Shown here one piece after another: positions 51,415-60,913 of a stretch of DNA of 64,000 nt. The notes beneath the pieces were generated by a model. It was given only the letters and a program-made list of their open reading frames with translations. It did no database searches and was not told the origin of the DNA. Location: contig DATLUG010000042.1 of NCBI GenBank assembly GCA_035533215.1, forward strand, positions 16,330-80,329, written 5' to 3'. Positions within the stretch are counted from its first letter, which is position 1, and each line of letters begins with the position of its first letter. The position numbers and the translations under genes are program-made. The stretch comes from Candidatus Micrarchaeia archaeon (GTDB lineage: Bacteria; Chloroflexota; Dormibacteria; Aeolococcales; Bog-877).

Positions 51415-52377
51415 ATGCTGGACGGGGGCCCACCGCCCGACCCGTCCGCCGCCGGGGCGGTGCCCGGACGGATGCGCCCGCTGCGCTTCGGCGAGCTCCT
51501 CGACACCGTGTTCACCCTCTACCGGCGGAACTTCGTGCTGCTGGTGGCGGTGGTGGCCGTCGTGCAGGTGCCATTCCAGGCGCTGTCGGCGCTGCTCCCC
51601 CGGCCCACGGTGCAGCTCCCCCGTACCGCCACCGGGACTGCGCTCAGCCACGCCCAGACCCAGCACCTCCTCCACGACCTCACCGCCACGGTGGCGGTGG
51701 ACCTGGCCCTGCTCGGCCTCACCTACGCGGTGGTGGTGCCCCTCCAGACCGCGGCCTTCACGAGGGCGGTGGCGGACCGGCTCCTCGGCCGCACGGTGGC
51801 GGTGGGGGCCGTCTATCGCGCTGCCCTGCGGCGCTGGCTGCCGCTCCTCGGCCTCGGCCTCCTGCTGGTGATCAGCTTGGTCGCGGCCATCGCCGTCGTC
51901 GCCGGGCTGGTCTTCGTCCTGGTGGTGCTGGTCGGCCCGCTCGGAGCGCTGGTCGGGGTCGTGCTCGGTGTCGCCGCCGGGGTGGCGGCCATCATCACCT
52001 ACGTGCGGCTCCTGTTCGGGAGCCAGGTGGTGGTCCTCGAGGGCCTCGGGCCGTGGCGCGCGCTGGTCCGCAGCTGGCGTCTCACCCGCGGCCTCGCCTG
52101 GCGGGTCGCCGGGGTGGTGGTGGTGCTGGGGCTCATCGGCGGCGTCGTCAGCCTGGTGCTGGGCGGTCTGGTGGCGGGGATCGCGGCCGCGCTCGGGGTC
52201 GGGAGCAGCGGCGCCACCGCCGTCGACGACATCGGCCAGGCGGCGGTGGCCATCCTGGTGGCGCCGATCCTGGCCACCGGGCTCACCGTCCTCTACTTCG
52301 ACCACCGGGTCCGCCGCGAGGGCTTCGACCTGGAGCTCCTGGCCGCCCAGCTGGCGGGCTCGTCGCCAGCACCGTGA
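51415..52377 (+). CDS. polytopic membrane protein (first gene of the MoxR-associated operon)
   Basis: FGELLDTVFTLYRRNFVLLVAVVAVVQVP plus ~6 TM segments, ending ...YFDHRVRREGFDLELL. This resembles the membrane-domain family often annotated as glycerophosphoryl diester phosphodiesterase membrane domain. Confidence 0.75.
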   Translation: MLDGGPPPDPSAAGAVPGRMRPLRFGELLDTVFTLYRRNFVLLVAVVAVVQVPFQALSALLPRPTVQLPRTATGTALSHAQTQHLLHDLTATVAVDLALLGLTYAVVVPLQTAAFTRAVADRLLGRTVAVGAVYRAALRRWLPLLGLGLLLVISLVAAIAVVAGLVFVLVVLVGPLGALVGVVLGVAAGVAAIITYVRLLFGSQVVVLEGLGPWRALVRSWRLTRGLAWRVAGVVVVLGLIGGVVSLVLGGLVAGIAAALGVGSSGATAVDDIGQAAVAILVAPILATGLTVLYFDHRVRREGFDLELLAAQLAGSSPAP

Positions 52378-53339
52378 CCGGCGACCGCCGGCTCCGCCTC
52401 CCCCGGGCGCTGGCGGCGTTGGCGTTGGCGGTCGCCGCGGCCGGGGCGTCCGCCGCCGGGGCGGCCCCGATCGGCTCCACCCCGCCGCTCTCGGCGGCGG
52501 CCCCCGGGGTCCCCACCGCGGGGTCGGCCGCGGCGGCCCGGCTGGTGGCGGCTGTGAGCGGTGCCCGCGCCGCGCTGGGGGCGGGCGCCCGCGGGCAGGC
52601 GGCCCGACGGCTGGCCGCGGCCCCGGCCGGGGCTGGACCGCTCCTCTCGCCGATCGATCGCGACCTGCGGACCGGTCACCCGGGTGCCGCCGCCCAGGCG
52701 CTCGCCGCCCTCGGCAGCGAGCTCCAGGGCGGCCGGCGGCCCGTGCCGGCGGAACCCGCCGTCCGCCGGGCGCTCGCCCTCGCCTATGCCGACCCGGCCC
52801 TGCACGTACGGGAGCCCGGGGGGACGGCCGCGGGGCCGGGCGCGGCCGGAGTGCTCGGCTGGATCCGACGCCTGCTCGGCGCCCTCTTCCACCTCCTGCC
52901 CCGGCCCGCATGGATCCTCCTCGGGGTGCTGGTGGTGCTGGCGGGGTCCTGGCTGGCCTGGTGGCGACTGGGGGTCGCGGCGGGCGCCCGACCCGGGCCG
53001 CAGGCGGAGCCTGCCTCGGGGCCGGCCGCGCCCGACCCCGAGGCGGCGTGGCGGCTCGCCCAGGCGGCGGCGGCGGCCGGCCGCAACCGCGATGCGGTGC
53101 GCCTCGCCTTCCAGGCCCTCCTCCTCACCGTCGCCCGTCGCCATGCGCTGGTCGTCGACCCCGCGTGGACCAACGCCGAGCTCCTCGCCGCCGCCGAGGC
53201 CGCGGGCGCGTTCGGACCCCGGCTGCTGCCGCTGGTCTCGACGTTCGACCGCGTCGTGTACGGGGGCGAGGACCCGGGGGCGGCCGGCTGGAGCGCCTTC
53301 GCCAGCGGCTGCCGCGCCGCCCTGGCGACGCTCGGATGA
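52374..53339 (+). CDS. DUF4129-domain protein
   Basis: Signal/TM, a central TM (AWILLGVLVVLAGSWLAWW), and a C-terminal AFQALLLTVARRHALVVDPAWTNAELLAAA...FDRVVYGG. GTGA overlap with the upstream stop. Confidence 0.8.
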   Translation: MTGDRRLRLPRALAALALAVAAAGASAAGAAPIGSTPPLSAAAPGVPTAGSAAAARLVAAVSGARAALGAGARGQAARRLAAAPAGAGPLLSPIDRDLRTGHPGAAAQALAALGSELQGGRRPVPAEPAVRRALALAYADPALHVREPGGTAAGPGAAGVLGWIRRLLGALFHLLPRPAWILLGVLVVLAGSWLAWWRLGVAAGARPGPQAEPASGPAAPDPEAAWRLAQAAAAAGRNRDAVRLAFQALLLTVARRHALVVDPAWTNAELLAAAEAAGAFGPRLLPLVSTFDRVVYGGEDPGAAGWSAFASGCRAALATLG

Positions 53340-54568
53340 GGGCTTGGCGCTCGTCCCGGGGTGCGCCCCTCCTGTGGATCGTGGGCCTGGTGGGCGCGCT
53401 CGCGGTGCTGCTCCTGGCCATCGCGCCCGCCGCCGTCTCCCCGCCGGGCGACCGCTCCAGCTTCGCCAACGGCCCCAGCGGCACGCTCGCGCTCGCCAAC
53501 CTGCTCACCGCCCACGGCGACCGGGTTGATCGACTCACCGGCTCCGGCTTCCCCGCCGCGCTGCGGTCGACGCCGGCCCTCGTCGAGGCCGGCCCGTCGC
53601 ACCCCTTCAGCGCCCGCGACCGGGCGGCGCTGGTCCGCTTCGTCGCCGGCGGCGGCACGCTCCTGTACGCGGCGGCGATCCCGGCGGTCGACCGCCCAGC
53701 CCTGGCCGCGTTCGGGGTGGCCCTCGACCCCTCCGTGCGGGCGCCCGCAGCGTGGCCGCTGCTGCCGGTCCTGCCGGGCGGCGCCGGCGCGGTCACCCTC
53801 GGGAGGGCGCGCCGCCTCACCGGCGCCAGCCCCGCCGTGCTCGCGCTCCTTGGCGGCCCCGGCGGCGCGGTGGCGGTGGCGCGGCCGCTCGGCCGCGGCC
53901 ACCTCTACGTGCTCGGCTCCGCCGCGGCGCTCGACAACGCCGGGCTCCGGCGCGGGGGCAACGCCGCCCTGGTCCTCGGCCTGCTCGCCCTGGCGCACGG
54001 TCGCCGGGTGGTGATCGACGAGATCCACCACGGCTACGTCGCCGGCACCGGGGTCGGGGCGCTGGTCCTCGGCACGTCGCTCGGCGCGGCGCTGCTGCTG
54101 GTCCTGGCGGCCCTCCTCGTTGCCGGCGCCACCCAGGGGCGCCGGCTGGGACGGCCGCTCCCGCCCCCCGAGCTGGCCATCGTCCGCTCGACCGCGGACC
54201 ACCTCCGGGCGGTGGCGGCGCTGTACGCTCGCACCCGTGACCGGGGCGTCGTGGCGGGGCGGGTCCGCGCCCAGCTCGAGGAGGTGGTCCGCGGCGTGAC
54301 CGGCTGTCCCCCGCAGGCCGGTGACGACGTCCTCGCCGGCGCGCTGGCGGCGCTCCACCCGAGGGAGGCGCCGGCGGTCCTCGGCGTCCTCCGTGCCCTC
54401 GCCGCGGCGGAGCGGGGAACGTGCCCTGTCGGCCGGCTCCTGGAGCTGGCCCGGAGCGCCGATGGGCTCGCCCGCCGGCTCGGGGGTCCCCTGGCCCCAG
54501 CCCGGTCGGGCGAGCCCGCTCCCGCCCGCGCCCGGCCCCTGGGCGGACCGGGCGGGGGGTGGGGGTGA
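53336..54568 (+). CDS. DUF4350-domain protein
   Basis: N-terminal TM, FANGPSGTLALANLL..., GHLYVLGSAAALDNAGL, EIHHGY, and a second TM. ATGA overlap with the upstream stop. Confidence 0.8.
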   Translation: MRAWRSSRGAPLLWIVGLVGALAVLLLAIAPAAVSPPGDRSSFANGPSGTLALANLLTAHGDRVDRLTGSGFPAALRSTPALVEAGPSHPFSARDRAALVRFVAGGGTLLYAAAIPAVDRPALAAFGVALDPSVRAPAAWPLLPVLPGGAGAVTLGRARRLTGASPAVLALLGGPGGAVAVARPLGRGHLYVLGSAAALDNAGLRRGGNAALVLGLLALAHGRRVVIDEIHHGYVAGTGVGALVLGTSLGAALLLVLAALLVAGATQGRRLGRPLPPPELAIVRSTADHLRAVAALYARTRDRGVVAGRVRAQLEEVVRGVTGCPPQAGDDVLAGALAALHPREAPAVLGVLRALAAAERGTCPVGRLLELARSADGLARRLGGPLAPARSGEPAPARARPLGGPGGGWG

Positions 54569-55515
54569 CGGGGGCGCTGCGGGACGCCTCGGCGCGCCTG
54601 CGCGCCGAGGCGGGTCGGGTGCTGGTCGGCCCGCTGGACCTCGTCGACCAGCTGCTCCTCGCCATGGTGTGCGGTGGCCACGTCCTCCTCGAGGGCGTGC
54701 CCGGCACCGCCAAGACCCTGCTGGCCAAGACCGTCGCCCGGCTGACCGACGCCCGGTTCGCCCGGGTCCAGTTCACCCCCGACCTGCTGCCGGCGGACGT
54801 CATCGGGACCGTCGTCTACAACCAGGCGTCGGCCGCCTTCGAGGTGCGCCGGGGGCCGCTCTTCAGCGACATCGTGCTCGCCGACGAGGTCAACCGCAGC
54901 CCGGCGCGCACCCAGGCGGCGCTGCTGGAGGCGATGGAGGAGCGCCAGGTGACGCTCGACAACCAGCGCCATCCGCTGGGCGACCGCTTCATGGTCCTGG
55001 CCACCCAGAACCCCATCGAGTACGAGGGCACCTATCCCCTCCCGGAGGCGCAGCTGGACCGCTTCCTGCTCAAGCTGGAGGTGCCGTACCTCCCCGTCGC
55101 CGACGAGGTGGAGCTGGCCCGCCGGGTGGCGGAGGGCTTCGACCCCCACGACCTCGACCGGCTGGCGCCGCCGGTGATCGACGCCGTCGCACTCGCCGCG
55201 CTGCGGCGCGAGGTGGGAGCGGTGCGGGTGGCGGACGAGGTGCTCGCCTACGCGGTCGCGATCGTCGATGCCACCCGCCACGCGCCCGACCTCGGCCTCG
55301 GGGCGAGCCCCCGCGGCACGGTCGGCCTGGTCCGCCTCGGGAAGGCGCGGGCGGCGCTCGCCGGACGCGACTTCTGCCAGCCGGAGGACGTCAAGGGGAT
55401 CGCCGTGGCGGCGCTGCGGCACCGGGTGCTGCGCCGCCCCGAGGCGGAGATTCAGGGCGTCGGCGAGGTCCAGGCGATCGAGCGGGTCCTGGCCCAGGTC
55501 CCCGTGCCGCGCTGA
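54565..55515 (+). CDS. MoxR-family AAA+ ATPase
   Basis: GHVLLEGVPGTAKTLLAK (Walker A), LADEVNRSPARTQAALLEAMEE (Walker B region), ATQNPIEYEGTYPLPEAQLDRF. GTGA overlap with the upstream stop. Confidence 0.95.
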   Translation: MTGALRDASARLRAEAGRVLVGPLDLVDQLLLAMVCGGHVLLEGVPGTAKTLLAKTVARLTDARFARVQFTPDLLPADVIGTVVYNQASAAFEVRRGPLFSDIVLADEVNRSPARTQAALLEAMEERQVTLDNQRHPLGDRFMVLATQNPIEYEGTYPLPEAQLDRFLLKLEVPYLPVADEVELARRVAEGFDPHDLDRLAPPVIDAVALAALRREVGAVRVADEVLAYAVAIVDATRHAPDLGLGASPRGTVGLVRLGKARAALAGRDFCQPEDVKGIAVAALRHRVLRRPEAEIQGVGEVQAIERVLAQVPVPR

Positions 55516-55534
55516 GCGGATCGGTGGCGGGCCG

Positions 55535-56839
55535 ATGACCGGCCGCGCGCTGGGCCTGGTGCTGCTTCCGGTGGCGCTGCTGCTGGGCGGCACCGCGGTC
55601 TCAGGGCTCGCCGCCGCCGCCGGGCTGGCCCTCGTCGCCCTGGTGGCGGCGTGCGCCCTCGACCGGCGGATGGCCCCCGGGGCCGCCGCCTGGCGCGCGG
55701 TCCGCCACCACCAGCCACTCCTGTCGATCGGGGTCGCGAACCCGGTCGACCTCGTCCTCCGCAGCGTCCACCCCCACCCGACGCGGATCGTCGTGCGCGA
55801 CGAGGCGGCCCCCGACCTCGAGCCCGCCCCCATGCTGTTCCGGACTCGCCTTCCCGGCTGGGGCGAGGCCCGCTGCCGCTACACCCTGCTCCCCCATCGG
55901 CGCGGCCGGTACCGGATGGGGCGCGTCGTCGTCCGCGCCTGCGGGCCCCTCGGGCTCTGGACCCGCCAGGTGCACCTGCCGCTGGCGGAGGAGGTCCGGG
56001 TCTACCCCGACCTCACCCCGGTGAGGGCCTGGGACGACCGCCGGCGGCGGGGGGAGCCGGCCATCCCCGGGATGCGGCGGGTGCGGTGGGCCGGCCAGGG
56101 GGTGGAGTTCCGCGGGGTGCGCGAGCAGGTGGACGGCGACGACTTCCGGCTGGTCAACTGGCGCGCCACCGCCCGGATGGGCCGGCTCATGGTCACCGAG
56201 CACCAGCCCGAGCGGGCGCAGACGGTGTGGATCCTCGTCGACTGCGGACGGGCGATGCAGGGCGGCATCGAGGGGCTGCAGAAGCTGGACCACGCCTGCA
56301 ACGCGGCCCTCCTCTTCGCCCACGTCGCGGTCCGGTCGGGCGACCGGGTCGGAGTCCTGGCGTTCGCCGACCGGGTGGGGGCGCTGCTCGTGCCCCGGCC
56401 CGGCCCAGCCCAGTTCCGCCGCACCCTGGAGCTCCTCTTCGGGCTCCGAGCGGGGGCGGTCGAGTCCGACCCCGCCCTGGCGCTGGCCCGCTGGCGGCGG
56501 CTGCAGGGCCGCCGGGCGCTGGCGGTGCTCTTCACCGATGTCGCCGACCCGGCGGCGGCCGGTCGGCTGGACCGCGCGCTGGCGGGGGCCCAGCCGCGCC
56601 ACCTGGTCCTGGTCGTGACCCAGCGCGACCCGGTGCTGGGGCGGGCGGCGTGGGCGCCGCCCGCCTCCGCCGACGCGGTCTACCAGCGGGCCGCGGCGCT
56701 GGCCACGATCGCGGAGCGCGACCGCGGCCTGGAGGCTCTGCGCCATCGGGGATGGCTCACGGTGGACAGCACCGTCAGCGCCCTGGCGCCGTCGGTCGTC
56801 AGCCGCTACCTGGAGCTGAAGACGCGCGGGCGGCTGTGA
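55535..56839 (+). CDS. DUF58-domain protein
   Basis: Two N-terminal TMs, GVEFRGVREQVDGDDFRLVNWRATARMGRLMVTEHQPERAQTVWILVD, and a vWA-like remainder. Confidence 0.9.
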   Translation: MTGRALGLVLLPVALLLGGTAVSGLAAAAGLALVALVAACALDRRMAPGAAAWRAVRHHQPLLSIGVANPVDLVLRSVHPHPTRIVVRDEAAPDLEPAPMLFRTRLPGWGEARCRYTLLPHRRGRYRMGRVVVRACGPLGLWTRQVHLPLAEEVRVYPDLTPVRAWDDRRRRGEPAIPGMRRVRWAGQGVEFRGVREQVDGDDFRLVNWRATARMGRLMVTEHQPERAQTVWILVDCGRAMQGGIEGLQKLDHACNAALLFAHVAVRSGDRVGVLAFADRVGALLVPRPGPAQFRRTLELLFGLRAGAVESDPALALARWRRLQGRRALAVLFTDVADPAAAGRLDRALAGAQPRHLVLVVTQRDPVLGRAAWAPPASADAVYQRAAALATIAERDRGLEALRHRGWLTVDSTVSALAPSVVSRYLELKTRGRL

Positions 56840-57728
56840 CCGGGCGGCCGGCCGCGGCCGGCTCCGGGTCGAGCGCCTCCAGGGCGCTGATGACGGCCCG
56901 GGTGATGACCGTGGGGGTGGAGGCGCCGGCCGTCACCCCGACCCGGCGGCAGCCGACGAACCACTCCTTGCGGAGGTCCGCGGCGGTGTCGACGAGGTAG
57001 GCGGGGCGGCCCGCGTGCTCCTGGATCACCTGGACCAGGCGCTGGGTGTTGCTGCTGCGGGGGCTGCCCACCACCACCACCGCGTCACAGTCGGTGGCCG
57101 CCGCCACCGCCGCCTCCTGGCGCTCCTGGGTGGCATTGCAGATCTCGTTGTGGACCTCGATCTGGGGAAAGCGCTCCTGCAGCCGGGCGATGATGGCGCG
57201 GGTGTCCCACAGCGAGAGGGTGGTCTGGGTGGTGACCGCCAGCCGCTCCGCCGTCAGCACCAGCTGGTCCACGTCCTGCACCGACTCGACGAGGTGGATC
57301 CGGCCCGCTGCCTCCCCCAGGACCCCCTCCGGCTCGGGGTGCCCGTGCTTGCCGATGTACACGACGGTGTAGCCGTCCCCGGTGAGCCGGCGGACCAGGT
57401 CGTGGGTGCGGATGACATCGGTGCAGGTGGCGTCCACCGTGTGCAGCCCGCGCGCCCGGGCCCGCTCCCGCACCTCGGGCGACACACCGTGGGCGGTGAA
57501 GATCACGGTGCCCTCGCGGATCGCGTCCAGCCCCTCGAGGCGGGTGGCCGCGTCGACCAGGCGGACCCCCGACTCGGCGAGCTCGGTGGTCACGTGCTCG
57601 TTGTGGACGAGGTACCCCAGCATCGCGATCGGCTCCCCCTGGCGTTCGGCCCCCACCTTGCGGGCAGCCCGGATCGCCTCCACCACGCCGTGGCAGTAGC
57701 CGCGGGGGACGATCTTGACGATCTCCAC
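56799..57728 (-). CDS. ispH: 4-hydroxy-3-methylbut-2-enyl diphosphate reductase
   Basis: PRGYCHGV, FTAHGVSPEV, ATCTDV, HNEICNATQERQ, VVGSPRSSNTQRL. 41-nt convergent overlap with the DUF58 gene. Confidence 0.95.
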   Translation of the reverse strand: MEIVKIVPRGYCHGVVEAIRAARKVGAERQGEPIAMLGYLVHNEHVTTELAESGVRLVDAATRLEGLDAIREGTVIFTAHGVSPEVRERARARGLHTVDATCTDVIRTHDLVRRLTGDGYTVVYIGKHGHPEPEGVLGEAAGRIHLVESVQDVDQLVLTAERLAVTTQTTLSLWDTRAIIARLQERFPQIEVHNEICNATQERQEAAVAAATDCDAVVVVGSPRSSNTQRLVQVIQEHAGRPAYLVDTAADLRKEWFVGCRRVGVTAGASTPTVITRAVISALEALDPEPAAAGRPVTAARASSAPGSG

Positions 57729-57794
57729 GCCTCGATCCTAGCAGCCGCCTCCCGAGCGGCCCCCCGGGGACCCGTGCGGCCGCCCGGCGGGCGG

Positions 57795-58826
57795 TCAGCC
57801 CGGGTCGGCAGGATGCCCGTCCGGGAGGACGTCGGCCGCCCGGGGGCGGCCGGGGGCGCGATCGAGGGGCCGGTCCGGGCGGCCCGACCCGAGCAGCCAC
57901 CCGTACAGGAGGAGAAAGGTCGCCGCCCCCACGCCCAGCTTGGCCGCGATCGGAAGCCGGGACGGGGTGACGAACCCCTCGATGAGGCCCGCCACCACGA
58001 GGAGGCAGGCGGCCCCGGCGGCCAGCCGCGCCGCCGGTCCGGCGGCGGCGGCGAGGGCGGCGCCGCGGCGCTGCAGCCCGGGACGGAGCCAGGCGTCGCC
58101 GATCCGCAGACCGGCCCCGGCCGCCGTCGCGATCACGGTCAGCTCGATCACCCCGTGGGGAACGATCAGGGACCAGAACTGCGGGTCCAGCCCTCCCGCG
58201 TGGGTGGCCTCGGCGAGGGTGCCGAGCTGGAACCCGTTGAGGAGGAGGACGAGAACGGTGGGCACCCCGGCGCAGAGGCCCAGCGCGAAGGCGACGAGGG
58301 CGACCCGGATGTTGTTCTGGATGATGAGGGCGCTGAGCGGCGAGGCCAGCTGCCCGGACAGCGCCGCGGGGTTGCCGAGGTGGTGGCCGGCGACGGCGGC
58401 GCGGACGCCGGCCGGCACCAGCTGGGTGAGGTCGGGCCGGAGCACGACCGCGGCCCAGCCGGCGGCGAAGCCGACGAGCAGCGCGAACCCCGCCGCGCCG
58501 ACGTACCGGCCGTGGGCGCGGAAGAGGCGCGGGAGGCCGACGGCGAAGAAGCGCCCGAGGTCGCGGAGGTGGGTCGGCGGCGGTCGGTACAGGAGCGGCT
58601 GGGCCCGGACCAGCAGCTGGGTCAGCTCCGCCACCAGGGGATCGCCGGGGTAGTCGCGGGCGGCCACGGCGAGATCGGTGCTGACCGTCCGGATCAGCGC
58701 CGCCAGCCCGTCGACGTCGGCCGCGGCGGCCCGGCGGATCCGGCCGCCGCGGAGGCGGCCGAGAAGGCCGCGGAGGTCCTGCCAGTCAGGACCTCGCTCC
58801 GCCACGAAGACGTCGATCGGGTTCAA
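57795..58826 (-). CDS. SpoIIM-like (DUF95) membrane protein
   Basis: IIQNNIRVALVAFALG, LLLNGFQLG, IVPHGVIELTVI, LIEGFVTP. Confidence 0.85.
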   Translation of the reverse strand: MNPIDVFVAERGPDWQDLRGLLGRLRGGRIRRAAAADVDGLAALIRTVSTDLAVAARDYPGDPLVAELTQLLVRAQPLLYRPPPTHLRDLGRFFAVGLPRLFRAHGRYVGAAGFALLVGFAAGWAAVVLRPDLTQLVPAGVRAAVAGHHLGNPAALSGQLASPLSALIIQNNIRVALVAFALGLCAGVPTVLVLLLNGFQLGTLAEATHAGGLDPQFWSLIVPHGVIELTVIATAAGAGLRIGDAWLRPGLQRRGAALAAAAGPAARLAAGAACLLVVAGLIEGFVTPSRLPIAAKLGVGAATFLLLYGWLLGSGRPDRPLDRAPGRPRAADVLPDGHPADPG

Positions 58827-58898
58827 CCGGGGCGGGCCGCCCGCAGATGCCCGCCCGGTGCCGCGCGCTCCGGGGCAGCGCTACGATCCCGCCAACCG

Positions 58899-59714
58899 AT
58901 GCTGGACCAGGTCTCGATCCGGACCCCGGAGAGCGTCACCCTCGAGGTTGCGGTGGCCGGGATCGGCTCCCGGTTCCTCGCCGCGGTGCTCGACACCCTG
59001 GCCATCCTCCTCGTCGAGGCGGTGCTGATCTTCGCCGTGGTGGCGGTGCTCGGCTCAGCATCCCACCCCGGGGCCGGCGGCCCGCTCCTCATCGTCCTGG
59101 TGGTGGTCGCCTCGCTGGTCCCGATCGCCTACTACGTCGTCTTCGAGCTCGCCGCGGAGGGCCGTTCCCTCGGCAAGATGGCCCTCGGCCTCAGGGTCGT
59201 CCGCCTGGACGGGGTGCCGGTGGGGGCGGCGGAGTCGCTGGTCCGCAACATCGTGCGGCTGCTGGACTTCCTCCCGGTCGCCTATGGCGTCGGTGTGTGC
59301 ACGATGTTCGTGGCCCGCAACTCCCGGCGGCTCGGCGACCTCGCCGCCGGGACGGTGGTCATCCGTGAGCGCACCGCACTCGCCGACCCGGGCACGGCCT
59401 CGGCCGGGGTGCCGGTGCTCACCGTCGAGGGCCCCGGCGCGCCGGTTCCGGGGGTGGAGCGGGGCGGCGCCGCCGAGCTCGGGCTGCTCCGGGCGTACCT
59501 CGGCCGGGGCGACCTCGCCCCGGCTCGGCGCCGGGTCCTCGCCACCGAGATCGCGGCGGGCCTCTGCACCAGGTGGGGCAGCGAGCCGGCGGCGATCGGC
59601 CCGGAGCCGGCCGACCTCTGGCTGCAGCGCGTGTACCTCCAGCTCCACGCCCGCCTGTATCCGGGATCGCCCCCGCCCACCGCGGGCGCGGCGGTGCCGC
59701 CGCCGCCAGCCTGA
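58899..59714 (+). CDS. RDD-family membrane protein
   Basis: GSRFLAAVLDTLAILLV..., RSLGKMALGLRVVRLDG, RRLGDLAAGTVVI. Divergent from the SpoIIM-like gene. Confidence 0.85.
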   Translation: MLDQVSIRTPESVTLEVAVAGIGSRFLAAVLDTLAILLVEAVLIFAVVAVLGSASHPGAGGPLLIVLVVVASLVPIAYYVVFELAAEGRSLGKMALGLRVVRLDGVPVGAAESLVRNIVRLLDFLPVAYGVGVCTMFVARNSRRLGDLAAGTVVIRERTALADPGTASAGVPVLTVEGPGAPVPGVERGGAAELGLLRAYLGRGDLAPARRRVLATEIAAGLCTRWGSEPAAIGPEPADLWLQRVYLQLHARLYPGSPPPTAGAAVPPPPA

Positions 59715-59721
59715 GCTGCGA

Positions 59722-60189
59722 TCAGGCCCGCACCGGGCCGCCGCGGTCGCTGCGGCGGGAGACGGCGGCGGCGGTGCGGTCGAACCCGGGACCGCGCGCC
59801 AGCCGCTCCTGGTCCGGGCCCGGGGACGGCGACCGCCGAGACGCCCGCCGCCGGTCCGTCGTGGCGCCTGGGTCGCGGTCCGTCGTATGGCGCGGAGCGG
59901 CCGGGGGGCCCGGCTGGGGCGCCCGGTCCGGTCCGGTGCGACCTCGGGCGCGGCCGGCCGGCGGTGACGGGTCGGCCCGCGACCGGCTCGTCGACGCCAC
60001 CCGGCGCGTCGCTCGGCCGAGGCGGTCGACCCAGATCACGGCGCGGATCGCGGCGACGCCCACGATCCCGAGCAGGGCCAGGGAGGCGCCCGCGTCGAGC
60101 AGGCTGCTCAGCGGCGGCACGACGACCGACACCACGACGCACCCGCCCACCACGGCGAGGAGGGTGCGGATCGGACCGCGGAGTGACAT
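59722..60189 (-). CDS. small two-TM membrane protein with disordered tail
   Basis: MSLRGPIRTLLAVVGGCVVVSVVVPPL...ASLALLGIVGVAAIRAVIW. GC3-saturated throughout. Confidence 0.55.
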   Translation of the reverse strand: MSLRGPIRTLLAVVGGCVVVSVVVPPLSSLLDAGASLALLGIVGVAAIRAVIWVDRLGRATRRVASTSRSRADPSPPAGRARGRTGPDRAPQPGPPAAPRHTTDRDPGATTDRRRASRRSPSPGPDQERLARGPGFDRTAAAVSRRSDRGGPVRA

Positions 60190-60246
60190 CGTCAAGGAGT
60201 GGTCCCTCCGGGAGGCCCGGACGGGGCGGCCGAGCCCCGACCGGGA

Positions 60247-60468
60247 TCAGGGGTCGATCGTGACCAGGACCTGTCCCTCCTGGACCACCTCCCCCTCCCG
60301 GGCCAGCACCGCGCCGACGGTGCCGGCCGTCGGGGCGGTGACCGGGATCTCCATCTTCATGGACTCCAGGATCAGAAGGGTCTGGTCGGCCGCGACCGTC
60401 TCGCCGGCCGTGACCAGCACCTTCCAGCAGTTGCCGATGAGCTCGGCGCGCACCTCTGTCATCCGCAT
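60247..60468 (-). CDS. stand-alone biotin/lipoyl-attachment (BCCP-like) protein, 73 aa
   Basis: LLILESMKMEIPVTAPTAGTV contains the biotinylation motif E(A/S)MKM. Confidence 0.85.
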   Translation of the reverse strand: MRMTEVRAELIGNCWKVLVTAGETVAADQTLLILESMKMEIPVTAPTAGTVGAVLAREGEVVQEGQVLVTIDP

Positions 60469-60585
60469 CTCCCACCGAGGAGCCGGCGGGACCGTCCGGC
60501 CCCGCCCATCCTACGGGGGGGCTGCGCACCCGCCGCCGATAATGGCCGCCGGGGTCGCCGAGCGCCCCGCCACGAGGAGCGGCCG

Positions 60586-60900
60586 ATGTGGATCACCAGC
60601 GCCAGCGACCGGCCTCGGTGCCGGAGCTCCGAGGGGTGCGGCGACGTGCTCGGGCCGACCGTGCGCTCCCGCACCCACCGTTCGCAGCGGGGTGCCGGCC
60701 TCGGGTCGCTGGCGGGCGGCGCGCCCGCGGGCGCGACCGGGAACCAGGTCGCCGCTCGCCAGGAGGCGATCGGGCGGACGGTCGCCGAGGCCAACCGTGG
60801 CGACCCGGTCGTGGCCATGCGCGTCGACGCCTCCGCGATGGGGGCCGTCTGGACCGAGCGGGGCGCCCCCGGCAGCGCGGCCGGCGCCGAGACGCCGTAG
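60586..60900 (+). CDS. hypothetical small protein
   Basis: ATG with a GAGGAG Shine-Dalgarno sequence 6 nt upstream. High GC3. No family recognised. Confidence 0.35.
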   Translation: MWITSASDRPRCRSSEGCGDVLGPTVRSRTHRSQRGAGLGSLAGGAPAGATGNQVAARQEAIGRTVAEANRGDPVVAMRVDASAMGAVWTERGAPGSAAGAETP

Positions 60901-60913
60901 GGGGGGGCCCGCG

